A stretch of DNA of 64,000 bases from Auanema rhodensis (lineage: Eukaryota > Animalia > Nematoda): NCBI GenBank assembly GCA_964057225.1, contig OZ059900.1, forward strand, positions 17,298,001-17,362,000, given 5' to 3'. The notes under the pieces were generated by a model. That model saw only the letters and a list, made by a program, of their open reading frames with translations. It was not told the origin of the DNA and made no database searches. A program made the position numbers and the translations under genes. Shown here in pieces: positions 27,701 through 42,760 of the stretch (its first letter is position 1; each line of letters opens with the position of its first letter).

Positions 27701-30700
27701 ATTCTGAGGGCACGCCCCTTATGGCTAATATTGATTAAATCGATTTTTGTTCATATGAGTCGTCAAATGCAACGAATTTCAGCGTGTTACATACTAAAAT
27801 GAAGCATTTTACATGCTGAACACTATAAAAATACAAAAACACAGTATTTCCCATGAGAAATATTTTATTATGCTGGAAAACCAGTTTTTGGAAATTTCGC
27901 TGTAAACAAGGTTTTGACTTACGATTTCATGTGTTCAAACTCATGCAATGTCAATGAAACCTAGCTCAAAATTGTTCGTACAACGTCTAGTTCCACTTTC
28001 ACGACAAAAAAACAGGGGTTAGAAAATTTAGGAAATTAGCATATTCTGAGGGCACGCCCCTTATGGCTAATATTGATTAAATCGATTTTTGTTCATATGA
28101 GTCGTCAAATGCAACGAATTTCAGCGTGTTACATACTAAAATGAAGCATTTTACATGCTGAACACTAGAAAAATACAAAAACACAGTATTTCCCATGAGA
28201 AATATTTTATTATGCTGGAAAACCAGTTTTTGGAAATTTCGCTGTAAACAAGGTTTTGACTTACGATTTCATGTGTTCAAACTCATGCAATGTCAATGAA
28301 ACCTAGCTCAAAATTGTTCGTACAACGTCTAGTTCCACTTTCACGACAAAAAAACAAGGGTTAGAAAATTAAGGAAATTAGCATATTCTGAGGGCACGCC
28401 CCTTATGGCTAATATTGATTAAATCGATTTTTGTTCATATGAGTCGTCAAATGCAACGAATTTCAGCGTGTTACATACTAAAATGAAGCATTTTACATGC
28501 TGAACACTAGAAAAATACAAAAACACAGTATTTCCCATGAGAAATATTTTATTATGCTGGAAAACCAGTTTTTGGAAATTTCGCTGTAAACAAGGTTTTG
28601 ACTTACGATTTCATGTGTTCAAACTCATGCAATGTCAATGAAACCTAGCTCAAAATTGTTCGTACAACGTCTAGTTCCACTTTCACGACAAAAAAACAGG
28701 GGTTAGAAAATTAAGGAAATTAGCATATTCTGAGGGCACGCCCCTTATGGCTAATATTGATTAAATCGATTTTTGTTCATATGAGTCGTCAAATGCAAAG
28801 AATTTCAGCGTGTTACATACTTAAATGAAGCATTTTACATGCTGAACACTAGAAAAATACAAAAACACAGTATTTCCCATGAGAAATATTTTATTATGCT
28901 GGAAAACCAGTTTTTGGAAATTTCGCTTTAAACAAGGTTTTGACTTACGATTTCATGTGTTCAAACTCATGCAATGTCAATGAAACCTAGCTCAAAATTG
29001 TTCGTACAACGTCTAGTTCCACTTTCACGACAAAAAAACAAGGGTTAGAAAATTAAGGAAATTAGCATATTCTGAGGGCACGCCCCTTATGGCTAATATT
29101 GATTAAATCGATTTTTGTTCATATGAGTCGTCAAATGCAACGAATTTCAGCGTGTTACATACTAAAATGAAGCATTTTACATGCTGAACACTATAAAAAT
29201 ACAAAAACACAGTATTTCCCATGAGAAATATTTTATTATGCTGGAAAACCAGTTTTTGGAAATTTCGCTGTAAACAAGGTTTTGACTTACGATTTCATGT
29301 GTTCAAACTCATGCAATGTCAATGAAACCTAGCTCAAAATTGTTCGTACAACGTCTAGTTCCACTTTCACGACAAAAAAACAGGGGTTAGAAAATTAAGG
29401 AAATTAGCATATTCTGAGGGCACGCCCCTTATGGCTAATATTGATTAAATCGATTTTTGTTCATATGAGTCGTCAAATGCAACGAATTTCAGCGTGTTAC
29501 ATACTAAAATGAAGCATTTTACATGCTGAACACTAGAAAAATACAAAAACACAGTATTTCCCATGAGAAATATTTTATTATGCTGGAAAACCAGTTTTTG
29601 GAAATTTCGCTGTAAACAAGGTTTTGACTTACGATTTCATGTGTTCAAACTCATGCAATGTCAATGAAACCTAGCTCAAAATTGTTCGTACAACGTCTAG
29701 TTCCACTTTCACGACAAAAAAACAGGGGTTAGAAAATTAAGGAAATTAGCATATTCTGAGGGCACGCCCCTTATGGCTAATATTGATTAAATCGATTTTT
29801 GTTCATATGAGTCGTCAAATGCAACGAATTTCAGCGTGTTACATACTAAAATGAAGCATTTTACATGCTGAACACTAGAAAAATACAAAAACACAGTATT
29901 TCCCATGAGAAATATTTTATTATGCTGGAAAACCAGTTTTTGGAAATTTCGCTGTAAACAAGGTTTTGACTTACGATTTCATGTGTTCAAACTCATGCAA
30001 TGTCAATGAAACCTAGCTCAAAATTGTTTGTACAACGTCTAGTTCCACTTTCACGACAAAAAAACAAGGGTTAGAAAATTAAGGAAATTAGCATATTCTG
30101 AGGGCACGCCCCTTATGGCTAATATTGATTAAATCGATTTTTGTTCATATGAGTCGTCAAATGCAACGAATTTCAGCGTGTTACATACTAAAATGAAGCA
30201 TTTTACATGCTGAACACTATAAAAATACAAAAACACAGTATTTCCCATGAGAAATATTTTATTATGCTGGAAAACCAGTTTTTGGAAATTTCGCTGTAAA
30301 CAAGGTTTTGACTTACGATTTCATGTGTTCAAACTCATGCAATGTCAATGAAACCTAGCTCAAAATTGTTCGTACAACGTCTAGTTCCACTTTCACGACA
30401 AAAAAACAGGGGTTAGAAAATTTAGGAAATTAGCATATTCTGAGGGCACGCCCCTTATGGCTAATATTGATTAAATCGATTTTTGTTCATATGAGTCGTC
30501 AAATGCAACGAATTTCAGCGTGTTACATACTAAAATGAAGCATTTTACATGCTGAACACTAGAAAAATACAAAAACACAGTATTTCCCATGAGAAATATT
30601 TTATTATGCTGGAAAACCAGTTTTTGGAAATTTCGCTGTAAACAAGGTTTTGACTTACGATTTCATGTGTTCAAACTCATGCAATGTCAATGAAACCTAG

Positions 30701-33150
30701 CTCAAAATTGTTCGTACAACGTCTAGTTCCACTTTCACGACAAAAAAACAAGGGTTAGAAAATTAAGGAAATTAGCATATTCTGAGGGCACGCCCCTTAT
30801 GGCTAATATTGATTAAATCGATTTTTGTTCATATGAGTCGTCAAATGCAACGAATTTCAGCGTGTTACATACTAAAATGAAGCATTTTACATGCTGAACA
30901 CTAGAAAAATACAAAAACACAGTATTTCCCATGAGAAATATTTTATTATGCTGGAAAACCAGTTTTTGGAAATTTCGCTGTAAACAAGGTTTTGACTTAC
31001 GATTTCATGTGTTCAAACTCATGCAATGTCAATGAAACCTAGCTCAAAATTGTTCGTACAACGTCTAGTTCCACTTTCACGACAAAAAAACAGGGGTTAG
31101 AAAATTAAGGAAATTAGCATATTCTGAGGGCACGCCCCTTATGGCTAATATTGATTAAATCGATTTTTGTTCATATGAGTCGTCAAATGCAAAGAATTTC
31201 AGCGTGTTACATACTTAAATGAAGCATTTTACATGCTGAACACTAGAAAAATACAAAAACACAGTATTTCCCATGAGAAATATTTTATTATGCTGGAAAA
31301 CCAGTTTTTGGAAATTTCGCTTTAAACAAGGTTTTGACTTACGATTTCATGTGTTCAAACTCATGCAATGTCAATGAAACCTAGCTCAAAATTGTTCGTA
31401 CAACGTCTAGTTCCACTTTCACGACAAAAAAACAAGGGTTAGAAAATTAAGGAAATTAGCATATTCTGAGGGCACGCCCCTTATGGCTAATATTGATTAA
31501 ATCGATTTTTGTTCATATGAGTCGTCAAATGCAACGAATTTCAGCGTGTTACATACTAAAATGAAGCATTTTACATGCTGAACACTATAAAAATACAAAA
31601 ACACAGTATTTCCCATGAGAAATATTTTATTATGCTGGAAAACCAGTTTTTGGAAATTTCGCTGTAAACAAGGTTTTGACTTACGATTTCATGTGTTCAA
31701 ACTCATGCAATGTCAATGAAACCTAGCTCAAAATTGTTCGTACAACGTCTAGTTCCACTTTCACGACAAAAAAACAGGGGTTAGAAAATTAAGGAAATTA
31801 GCATATACTGAGGGCACGCCCCTTATGGCTAATATTGATTAAATCGATTTTTGTTCATATGAGTCGTCAAATGCAACGAATTTCAGCGTGTTACATACTA
31901 AAATGAAGCATTTTACATGCTGAACACTAGAAAAATACAAAAACACAGTATTTCCCATGAGAAATATTTTATTATGCTGGAAAACCAGTTTTTGGAAATT
32001 TCGCTGTAAACAAGGTTTTGACTTACGATTTCATGTGTTCAAACTCATGCAATGTCAATGAAACCTAGCTCAAAATTGTTCGTACAACGTCTAGTTCCAC
32101 TTTCACGACAAAAAAACAGGGGTTAGAAAATTAAGGAAATTAGCATATTCTGAGGGCACGCCCCTTATGGCTAATATTGATTAAATCGATTTTTGTTCAT
32201 ATGAGTCGTCAAATGCAACGAATTTCAGCGTGTTACATACTAAAATGAAGCATTTTACATGCTGAACACTAGAAAAATACAAAAACACAGTATTTCCCAT
32301 GAGAAATATTTTATTATGCTGGAAAACCAGTTTTTGGAAATTTCGCTGTAAACAAGGTTTTGACTTACGATTTCATGTGTTCAAACTCATGCAATGTCAA
32401 TGAAACATAGCTCGAAATTGTTCGTACAACGTCTAGTTCCACTTTCACGACAAAAAAACAGGGGTTAGAAAATTAAGGAAATTAGCATATTCTGAGGGCA
32501 CGCCCCTTATGGCTAATATTGATTAAATCGATTTTTGTTCATATGAGTCGTCAAATGCAACAAATTTCAGCGTGTTACATACTAAAATGAAGCATTTTAC
32601 ATGCTGAACACTAGAAAAATACAAAAACACAGTATTTCCCATGAGAAATATTTTATTATGCTGGAAAACCAGTTTTTGGAAATTTCGCTGTAAACAAGGT
32701 TTTGACTTACGATTTCATGTGTTCAAACTCATGCAATGTCAATGAAACCTAGCTCAAAATTGTTCGTACAACGTCTAGTTCCACTTTCACGACAAAAAAA
32801 CAGGGGTTAGAAAATTAAGGAAATTAGCATATTCTGAGGGCACGCCCCTTATGGCTAATATTGATTAAATCGATTTTTGTTCATATGAGTCGTCAAATGC
32901 AAGAATTTCAGCGTGTTACATACTAAAATGAAGCATTTTACATGCTGAACACTAGAAAAATACAAAAACACAGTATTTCCCATGAGAAATATTTTATTAT
33001 GCTGGAAAACCAGTTTTTGGAAATTTCGCTGTAAACAAGGTTTTGACTTACGATTTCATGTGTTCAAACTCATGCAATGTCAATGAAACCTAGCTCAAAA
33101 TTGTTCGTACAACGTCTAGTTCCACTTTCACGACAAAAAAACAGGGGTTA
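18800..33150 (-). repeat. 21-monomer higher-order tandem duplication (7181 bp x2) containing nested 7-mers
   Basis: Rare variants recur at exactly 7181 bp: 18940/26121, 20454/27635, 21747/28928, 24626/31807, 25233/32414, and a shared 1-bp deletion at ~25722/32903. Boundaries are approximate. Confidence 0.92.
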
Positions 33151-36100
33151 GAAAATTAAGGAAATTAGCATATTCTGAGGGCACGCCCCTTATGGCTAAT
33201 ATTGATTAAATCGATTTTTGTTCATATGAGTCGTCAAATGCAACGAATTTCAGCGTGTTACATACTAAAATGAAGCATTTTACATGCTGAACACTAGAAA
33301 AATACAAAAACACAGTATTTCCCATGAGAAATATTTTATTATGCTGGAAAACCAGTTTTTGGAAATTTCGCTGTAAACAAGGTTTTGACTTACGATTTCA
33401 TGTGTTCAAACTCATGCAATGTCAATGAAACCTAGCTCAAAATTGTTCGTACAACGTCTAGTTCCACTTTCACGACAAAAAAACAAGGGTTAGAAAATTA
33501 AGGAAATTAGCATATTCTGAGGGCACGCCCCTTATGGCTAATATTGATTAAATCGATTTTTGTTCATATGAGTCGTCAAATGCAACGAATTTCAGCGTGT
33601 TACATACTAAAATGAAGCATTTTACATGCTGAACACTATAAAAATACAAAAACACAGTATTTCCCATGAGAAATATTTTATTATGCTGGAAAACCAGTTT
33701 TTGGAAATTTCGCTGTAAACAAGGTTTTGACTTACGATTTCATGTGTTCAAACTCATGCAATGTCAATGAAACCTAGCTCAAAATTGTTCGTACAACGTC
33801 TAGTTCCACTTTCACGACAAAAAACAGGGGTTAGAAAATTAAGGAAATTAGCATATTCTGAGGGCACGCCCCTTATGGCTAATATTGATTAAATCGATTT
33901 TTGTTCATATGAGTCGTCAAATGCAACGAATTTCAGCGTGTTACATACTAAAATGAAGCATTTTACATGCTGAACACTAGAAAAATACAAAAACACAGTA
34001 TTTCCCATGAGAAATATTTTATTATGCTGGAAAACCAGTTTTTGGAAATTTCGCTGTAAACAAGGTTTTGACTTACGATTTCATGTGTTCAAACTCATGC
34101 AATGTCAATGAAACCTAACTCAAAATTGTTCGTACAACGTCTAGTTCCACTTTCACGACAAAAAAACAAGGGTTAGAAAATTAAGGAAATTAGCATATTC
34201 TGAGGGCACGCCCCTTATGGCTAATATTGATTAAATCGATTTTTGTTCATATGAGTCGTCAAATGCAACGAATTTCAGCGTGTTACATACTAAAATGAAG
34301 CATTTTACATGCTGAACACTATAAAAATACAAAAACACAGTATTTCCCATGAGAAATATTTTATTATGCTGGAAAACCAGTTTTTGGAAATTTCGCTGTA
34401 AACAAGGTTTTGACTTACGATTTCATGTGTTCAAACTCATGCAATGTCAATGAAACCTAGCTCAAAATTGTTCGTACAACGTCTAGTTCCACTTTCACGA
34501 CAAAAAAACAGGGGTTAGAAAATTAAGGAAATTAGCATATTCTGAGGGCACGCCCCTTATGGCTAATATTGATTAAATCGATTTTTGTTCATATGAGTCG
34601 TCAAATGCAACGAATTTCAGCGTGTTACATATTAAAATGAAGCATTTTACATGCTGAACACTAGAAAAATACAAAAACACAGTATTTCCCACGAGAAATA
34701 TTTTATTATGCTGGAAAACCAGTTTTTGGAAATTTCGCTGTAAACAAGGTTTTGACTTACGATTTCATGTGTTCAAACTCATGCAATGTCAATGAAACCT
34801 AGCTCAAAATTGTTCGTACAACGTCTAGTTCCACTTTCACGACAAAAAAACAAGGGTTAGAAAATTAAGGAAATTAGCATATTCTGAGGGCACGCCCCTT
34901 ATGGCTAATATTGATTAAATCGATTTTTGTTCATATGAGTCGTCAAATGCAACGAATTTCAGCGTGTTACATACTAAAATGAAGCATTTTACATGCTGAA
35001 CAGTAGAAAAATACAAAAACACAGTATTTCCCATGAGAAATATTTTATTATGCTGGAAAACCAGTTTTTGGAAATTTCGCTGTAAACAAGGTTTTGACTT
35101 ACGATTTCATGTGTTCAAACTCATGCAATGTCAATGAAACCTAGCTCAAAATTGTTCGTACAACGTCTAGTTCCACTTTCACGACAAAAAAACAGGGGTT
35201 AGAAAATTAAGGAAATTAGCATATTCTGAGGGCACGCCCCTTATGGCTAATATTGATTAAATCGATTTTTGTTCATATGAGTCGTCAAATGCAACGAATT
35301 TCAGCGTGTTACATACTAAAATGAAGCATTTTACATGCTGAACACTAGAAAAATACAAAAACACAGTATTTCTCATGAGAAATATTTTATTATGCTGGAA
35401 AACCAGTTTTTGGAAATTTCGCTGTAAACAAGGTTTTGACTTACGATTTCATGTGTTCAAACTCATGCAATGTCAATGAAACCTAGCTCAAAATTGTTCG
35501 TACAACGTCTAGTTCCACTTTCACGACAAAAAAACAGGGGTTAGAAAATTAAGGAAATTAGCATATTCTGAGGGCACGCCCCTTATGGCTAATATTGATT
35601 AAATCGATTTTTGTTCATATGAGTCGTCAAATGCAACGAATTTCAGCGTGTTACATACTAAAATGAAGCATTTTACATGCTGAACACTAGAAAAATACAA
35701 AAACACAGTATTTCCCATGAGAAATATTTTATTATGCTGGAAAACCAGTTTTTGGAAATTTCGCTGTAAACAAGGTTTTGACTTACGATTTCATGTGTTC
35801 AAACTCATGCAATGTCAATGAAACATAGCTCAAAATTGTTCGTACAACGTCTAGTTCCACTTTCACGACAAAAAAACAGGGGTTAGAAAATTAAGGAAAT
35901 TAGCATATTCTGAGGGCACGCCCCTTATGGCTAATATTGATTAAATCGATTTTTGTTCATATGAGTCGTCAAATGCAACGAATTTCAGCGTGTTACATAC
36001 TAAAATGAAGCATTTTACATGCTGAACACTAGAAAAATACAAAAACACAGTATTTCCCATGAGAAATATTTTATTATGCTGGAAAACCAGTTTTTGGAAA

Positions 36101-36849
36101 TTTCGCTGTAAACAAGGTTTTGACTTACGATTTCATGTGTTCAAACTCATGCAATGTCAATGAAACCTAGCTCAAAATTGTTCGTACAACGTCTAGTTCC
36201 ACTTTCACGACAAAAAAACAGGGGTTAGAAAACTAAGGAAATTAGCATATTCTGAGGGCACGCCCCTTATGGCTAATATTGATTAAATCGATTTTTGTTC
36301 ATATGAGTCGTCAAATGCAACGAATTTCAGCGTGTTACATACTAAAAGGAAGTATTTTACATGCTGAACACTAGAAAAATACAAAAACACAGTATTTCCC
36401 ATGAGAAATATTTTATTATGCTGGAAAACCAGTTTTTGGAAATTTCGCTGTAAACAAGGTTTTGACTTACGATTTCATGTGTTCAAACTCATGCAATGTC
36501 AATGAAACCTAGCTCAAAATTGTTCGTACAACGTCTAGTTCCACTTTCACGACAAAAAAACAGGGGTTAGAAAATTAAGGAAATTAGCATATTCTGAGGG
36601 CACGCCCCTTATGGCTAATATTGATTAAATCGATTTTTGTTCATATGAGTCGTCAAATGCAACGAATTTCAGCGTGTTACATACTAAAATGAAGCATTTT
36701 ACATGCTGAACACTAGAAAAATACAAAAACACAGTATTTCCCATGAGAAATATTTTATTATGCTGGAAAACCAGTTTTTGGAAATTTCGCTGTAAACAAG
36801 GTTTTGACTTACGATTTCATGTGTTCAAACTCATGCAATGTCAATGAAA

Positions 36850-39600
36850 CATAGCTCAAAAATGTTCGTACAACGTCTAGTTCCACTTTCACGACAAAAA
36901 AACAGGGGTTAGAAAATTAAGGAAATTAGCATATTCTGAGGGCACGCCCCTTATGGCTAATATTGATTAAATCGATTTTTGTTCATATGAGTCGTCAAAT
37001 GCAACGAATTTCAGCGTGTTACATACTAAAATGAAGCATTTTACATGCTGAACACTAGAAAAATACAAAAACACAGTATTTCCCATGAGAAATATTTTAT
37101 TATGCTGGAAAACCAGTTTTTGGAAATTTCGCTGTAAACAAGGTTTTGACTTACGATTTCATGTGTTCAAACTCATGCAATGTCAATGAAACCTAGCTCA
37201 AAATTGTTCGTACAACGTCTAGTTCCACTTTCACGACAAAAAAACAGGGGTTAGAAAACTAAGGAAATTAGCATATTCTGAGGGCACGCCCCTTATGGCT
37301 AATATTGATTAAATCGATTTTTGTTCATATGAGTCGTCAAATGCAACGAATTTCAGCGTGTTACATACTAAAATGAAGCATTTTACATGCTGAACACTAG
37401 AAAAATACAAAAACACAGTATTTCCCATGAGAAATATTTTATTATGCTGAAAAACCAGTTTTTGGAAATTTCGCTGTAAACAAGGTTTTGACTTACGATT
37501 TCATGTGTTCAAACTCATGCAATGTCAATGAAACCTAGCTCAAAATTGTTCGTACAACGTCTAGTTCCACTTTCACGACAAAAAAACAGGGGTTAGAAAA
37601 TTAAGGAAATTAGCATATTCTGAGGGCACGCCCCTTATGGCTAATATTGATTAAATCGATTTTTGTTCATATGATTCGTCAAATGCAACGAATTTCAGCG
37701 TGTTACATACTAAAATGAAGCATTTTACATGCTGAACACTAGAAAAATACAAAAACACAGTATTTCCCATGAGAAATATTTTATTATGCTGGAAAACCAG
37801 TTTTTGGAAATTTCGCTGTAAACAAGGTTTTGACTTACGATTTCATGTGTTCAAACTCATGCAATGTCAATGAAACCTAGCTCAAAATTGTTCGTACAAC
37901 GTCTAGTTCCACTTTCACGACAAAAAAACAGGGGTTAGAAAACTAAGGAAATTAGCATATTCTGAGGGCACGCCCCTTATGGCTAATATTGATTAAATCG
38001 ATTTTTGTTCATATGAGTCGTCAAATGCAACGACTTTCAGCGTGTTACATACTAAAATGAAGCATTTTACATGCTGAACACTAGAAAAATACAAAAACAC
38101 AGTATTTCCCATGAGAAATATTTTATTATGCTGGAAAACCAGTTTTTGGAAATTTCGCTGTAAACAAGGTTTTGACTTACGATTTCATGTGTTCAAACTC
38201 ATGCAATGTCAATGAAACATAGCTCAAAAATGTTCGTACAACGTCTAGTTCCACTTTCACGACAAAAAAACAGGGGTTAGAAAATTAAGGAAATTAGCAT
38301 ATTCTGAGGGCACGCCCCTTATGGCTAATATTGATTAAATCGATTTTTGTTCATATGAGTCGTCAAATGCAACGAATTTCAGCGTGTTACATACTAAAAT
38401 GAAGCATTTTACATGCTGAACACTAGAAAAATACAAAAACACAGTATTTCCCATGAGAAATATTTTATTATGCTGGAAAACCAGTTTTTGGAAATTTCGC
38501 TGTAAACAAGGTTTTGACTTACGATTTCATGTGTTCAAACTCATGCAATGTCAATGAAACCTAGCTCAAAATTGTTCGTACAACGTCTAGTTCCACTTTC
38601 ACGACAAAAAAACAGGGGTTAGAAAACTAAGGAAATTAGCATATTCTGAGGGCACGCCCCTTATGGCTAATATTGATTAAATCGATTTTTGTTCATATGA
38701 GTCGTCAAATGCAACGAATTTCAGCGTGTTACATACTAAAATGAAGCATTTTACATGCTGAACACTAGAAAAATACAAAAACACAGTATTTCCCATGAGA
38801 AATATTTTATTATGCTGAAAAACCAGTTTTTGGAAATTTCGCTGTAAACAAGGTTTTGACTTACGATTTCATGTGTTCAAACTCATGCAATGTCAATGAA
38901 ACCTAGCTCAAAATTGTTCGTACAACGTCTAGTTCCACTTTCACGACAAAAAAACAGGGGTTAGAAAATTAAGGAAATTAGCATATTCTGAGGGCACGCC
39001 CCTTATGGCTAATATTGATTAAATCGATTTTTGTTCATATGATTCGTCAAATGCAACGAATTTCAGCGTGTTACATACTAAAATGAAGCATTTTACATGC
39101 TGAACACTAGAAAAATACAAAAACACAGTATTTCCCATGAGAAATATTTTATTATGCTGGAAAACCAGTTTTTGGAAATTTCGCTGTAAACAAGGTTTTG
39201 ACTTACGATTTCATGTGTTCAAACTCATGCAATGTCAATGAAACCTAGCTCAAAATTGTTCGTACAACGTCTAGTTCCACTTTCACGACAAAAAAACAGG
39301 GGTTAGAAAACTAAGGAAATTAGCATATTCTGAGGGCACGCCCCTTATGGCTAATATTGATTAAATCGATTTTTGTTCATATGAGTCGTCAAATGCAACG
39401 ACTTTCAGCGTGTTACATACTAAAATGAAGCATTTTACATGCTGAACACTAGAAAAATACAAAAACACAGTATTTCCCATGAGAAATATTTTATTATGCT
39501 GGAAAACCAGTTTTTGGAAATTTCGCTGTAAACAAGGTTTTGACTTACGATTTCATGTGTTCAAACTCATGCAATGTCAATGAAACATAGCTCAAAAATG
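36850..39600 (-). repeat. 4-monomer higher-order repeat (1368 bp), ~2 copies
   Basis: AACATAGCTCAAAAATG at 36851/38219/39587 and GCTGAAAAACC at 37450/38818. Confidence 0.88.
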
Positions 39601-39949
39601 TTCGTACAACGTCTAGTTCCACTTTCACGACAAAAAAACAGGGGTTAGAAAATTAAGGAAATTAGCATATTCTGAGGGCACGCCCCTTATGGCTAATATT
39701 GATTAAATCGATTTTTGTTCATATGAGTCGTCAAATGCAACGAATTTCAGCGTGTTACATACTAAAATGAAGCATTTTACATGCTGAACACTAGAAAAAT
39801 ACAAAAACACAGTATTTCCCATGAGAAATATTTTATTATGCTGGAAAACCAGTTTTTGGAAATTTCGCTGTAAACAAGGTTTTGACTTACGATTTCATGT
39901 GTTCAAACTCATGCAATGTCAATGAAACCTAGCTCAAAATTGTTCGTAC

Positions 39950-42760
39950 AACGTCTAGTTCCACTTTCACGACAAAAAAACAGGGGTTAGAAAATTAAGG
40001 AAATTAGCATATTCTGAGGGCACGCCCCTTATGGCTAATATTGATTAAATCGATTTTTGTTCATATGATTCGTCAAATGCAACGAATTTCAGCGTGTTAC
40101 ATACTAAAATGAAGCATTTTACATGCTGAACACTAGAAAAATACAAAAACACAGTATTTCCCATGAGAAATATTTTATTTTGCTGGAAAACCAGTTTTTG
40201 GAAATTTCGCTGTAAACAAGGTTTTGACTTACGATTTCATGTGTTCAAACTCATGCAATGTCAATGAAACCTAGCTCAAAATTGTTCGTACAACGTCTAG
40301 TTCCACTTTCACGACAAAAAAACAGGGGTTAGAAAACTAAGGAAATTAGCATATTCTGAGGGCACGCCCCTTATGGCTAATATTGATTAAATCGATTTTT
40401 GTTCATATGATTCGTCAAATGCAACGAATTTCAGCGTGTTACATACTAAAATGAAGCATTTTACATGCTGAACACTAGAAAAATACAAAAACACAGTATT
40501 TCCCATGAGAAATATTTTATTATGCTGGAAAACCAGTTTTTGGAAATTTCGCTGTAAACAAGGTTTTGACTTACGATTTCATGTGTTCAAACTCATGCAA
40601 TGTCAATGAAACCTAGCTCAAAATTGTTCGTACAACGTCTAGTTCCACTTTCACGACAAAAAAACAGGGGTTAGAAAATTAAGGAAATTAGCATATTCTG
40701 AGGGCACGCCCCTTATGGCTAATATTGATTAAATCGATTTTTGTTCATATGAGTCGTCAAATGCAACGAATTTTAGCGTGTTACATACTAAAATGAAACA
40801 TTTTACATGCTCAACACTAGAAAAATACAAAAACACAGTATTTCCCATGAGAAATATTTTATTATGCTGGAAAACCAGTTTTTGGAAATTTCGCTGTAAA
40901 CAAGGTTTTGACTTACGATTTCATGTGTTCAAACTCATGCAATGTCAATGAAACCTAGCTTAAAATTGTTCGTACAACGTCTAGTTCCACTTTCACGACA
41001 AAAAAACAGGGGTTAGAAAATTAAGGAAATAAGCATATTCTGAGGGCACGCCCCTTATGGCTAATATTGATTAAATCGATTTTTGTTCATATGAGTCGTC
41101 AAATGCAACGAATTTCAGCGTGTTACATACTAAAATGAAGCATTTTACATGCTGAACACTAGAAAAATACAAAAACACAGTATTTCCCATGAGAAATATT
41201 TTATTATGCTGTAAAACCAGTTTTTGGAAATTTCGCTGTAAACAAGGTTTTGACTTACGATTTCATGTGTTCAAACTCATGCAATGTCAATGAAACCTAG
41301 CTTAAAATTGTTCGTACAACGTCTAGTTCCACTTTCACGACAAAAAAACAGGGGTTAGAAAATTAAGGAAATTAGCATATTCTGAGGGCACGCCCCTTAT
41401 GGCTAATATTGATTAAATCGATTTTTGTTCATATGAGTCGTCAAATGCAACGAATTTCAGCGTGTTACATACTAAAATGAAGCATTTTACATGCTGAACA
41501 CTAGAAAAATACAAAAACACAGTATTTCCCATGAGAAATATTTTATTATGCTGGAAAACCAGTTTTTGGAAATTTCGCTGTAAACAAGGTTTTGACTTAC
41601 GATTTCATGTGTTCAAACTCATGCAATGTCAATGAAACCTAGCTCAAAATTGTTCGTACAACGTCTAGTTCCACTTTCACGACAAAAAAACAGGGGTTAG
41701 AAAATTAAGGAAATTAGCATATTCTGAGGGCACGCCCCTTATGGCTAATATTGATTAAATCGATTTTTGTTCATATGATTCGTCAAATGCAACGAATTTC
41801 AGCGTGTTACATACTAAAATGAAGCATTTTACATGCTGAACACTAGAAAAATACAAAAACACAGTATTTCCCATGAGAAATATTTTATTTTGCTGGAAAA
41901 CCAGTTTTTGGAAATTTCGCTGTAAACAAGGTTTTGACTTACGATTTCATGTGTTCAAACTCATGCAATGTCAATGAAACCTAGCTCAAAATTGTTCGTA
42001 CAACGTCTAGTTCCACTTTCACGACAAAAAAACAGGGGTTAGAAAATTAAGGAAATTAGCATATTCTGAGGGCACGCCCCTTATGGCTAATATTGATTAA
42101 ATCGATTTTTGTTCATATGAGTCGTCAAATGCAACGAATTTCAGCGTGTTACATACTAAAATGAAGCATTTTACATGCTGAACACTAGAAAAATACAAAA
42201 ACACAGTATTTCCCATGAGAAATATTTTATTATGCTGGAAAACCAGTTTTTGGAAATTTCGCTGTAAACAAGGTTTTGACTTACGATTTCATGTGTTCAA
42301 ACTCATGCAATGTCAATGAAACCTAGCTCAAAATTGTTCGTACAACGTCTAGTTCCACTTTCACGACAAAAAAACAGGGGTTAGAAAATTAAGGAAATTA
42401 GCATATTCTGAGGGCACGCCCCTTATGGCTAATATTGATTAAATCGATTTTTGTTCATATGAGTCGTCAAATGCAACGAATTTTAGCGTGTTACATACTA
42501 AAATGAAACATTTTACATGCTGAACACTAGAAAAATACAAAAACACAGTATTTCCCATGAGAAATATTTTATTATGCTGGAAAACCAGTTTTTGGAAATT
42601 TCGCTGTAAACAAGGTTTTGACTTACGATTTCATGTGTTCAAACTCATGCAATGTCAATGAAACCTAGCTTAAAATTGTTCGTACAACGTCTAGTTCCAC
42701 TTTCACGACAAAAAAACAGGGGTTAGAAAATTAAGGAAATAAGCATATTCTGAGGGCACG
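39950..42760 (-). repeat. 5-monomer higher-order repeat (1710 bp), imperfect, ~1.6 copies
   Basis: TATTTTG at 40180/41890, ATTTTAGCG at 40774/42484 and GAAATAAGC at 41031/42741. Confidence 0.82.
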
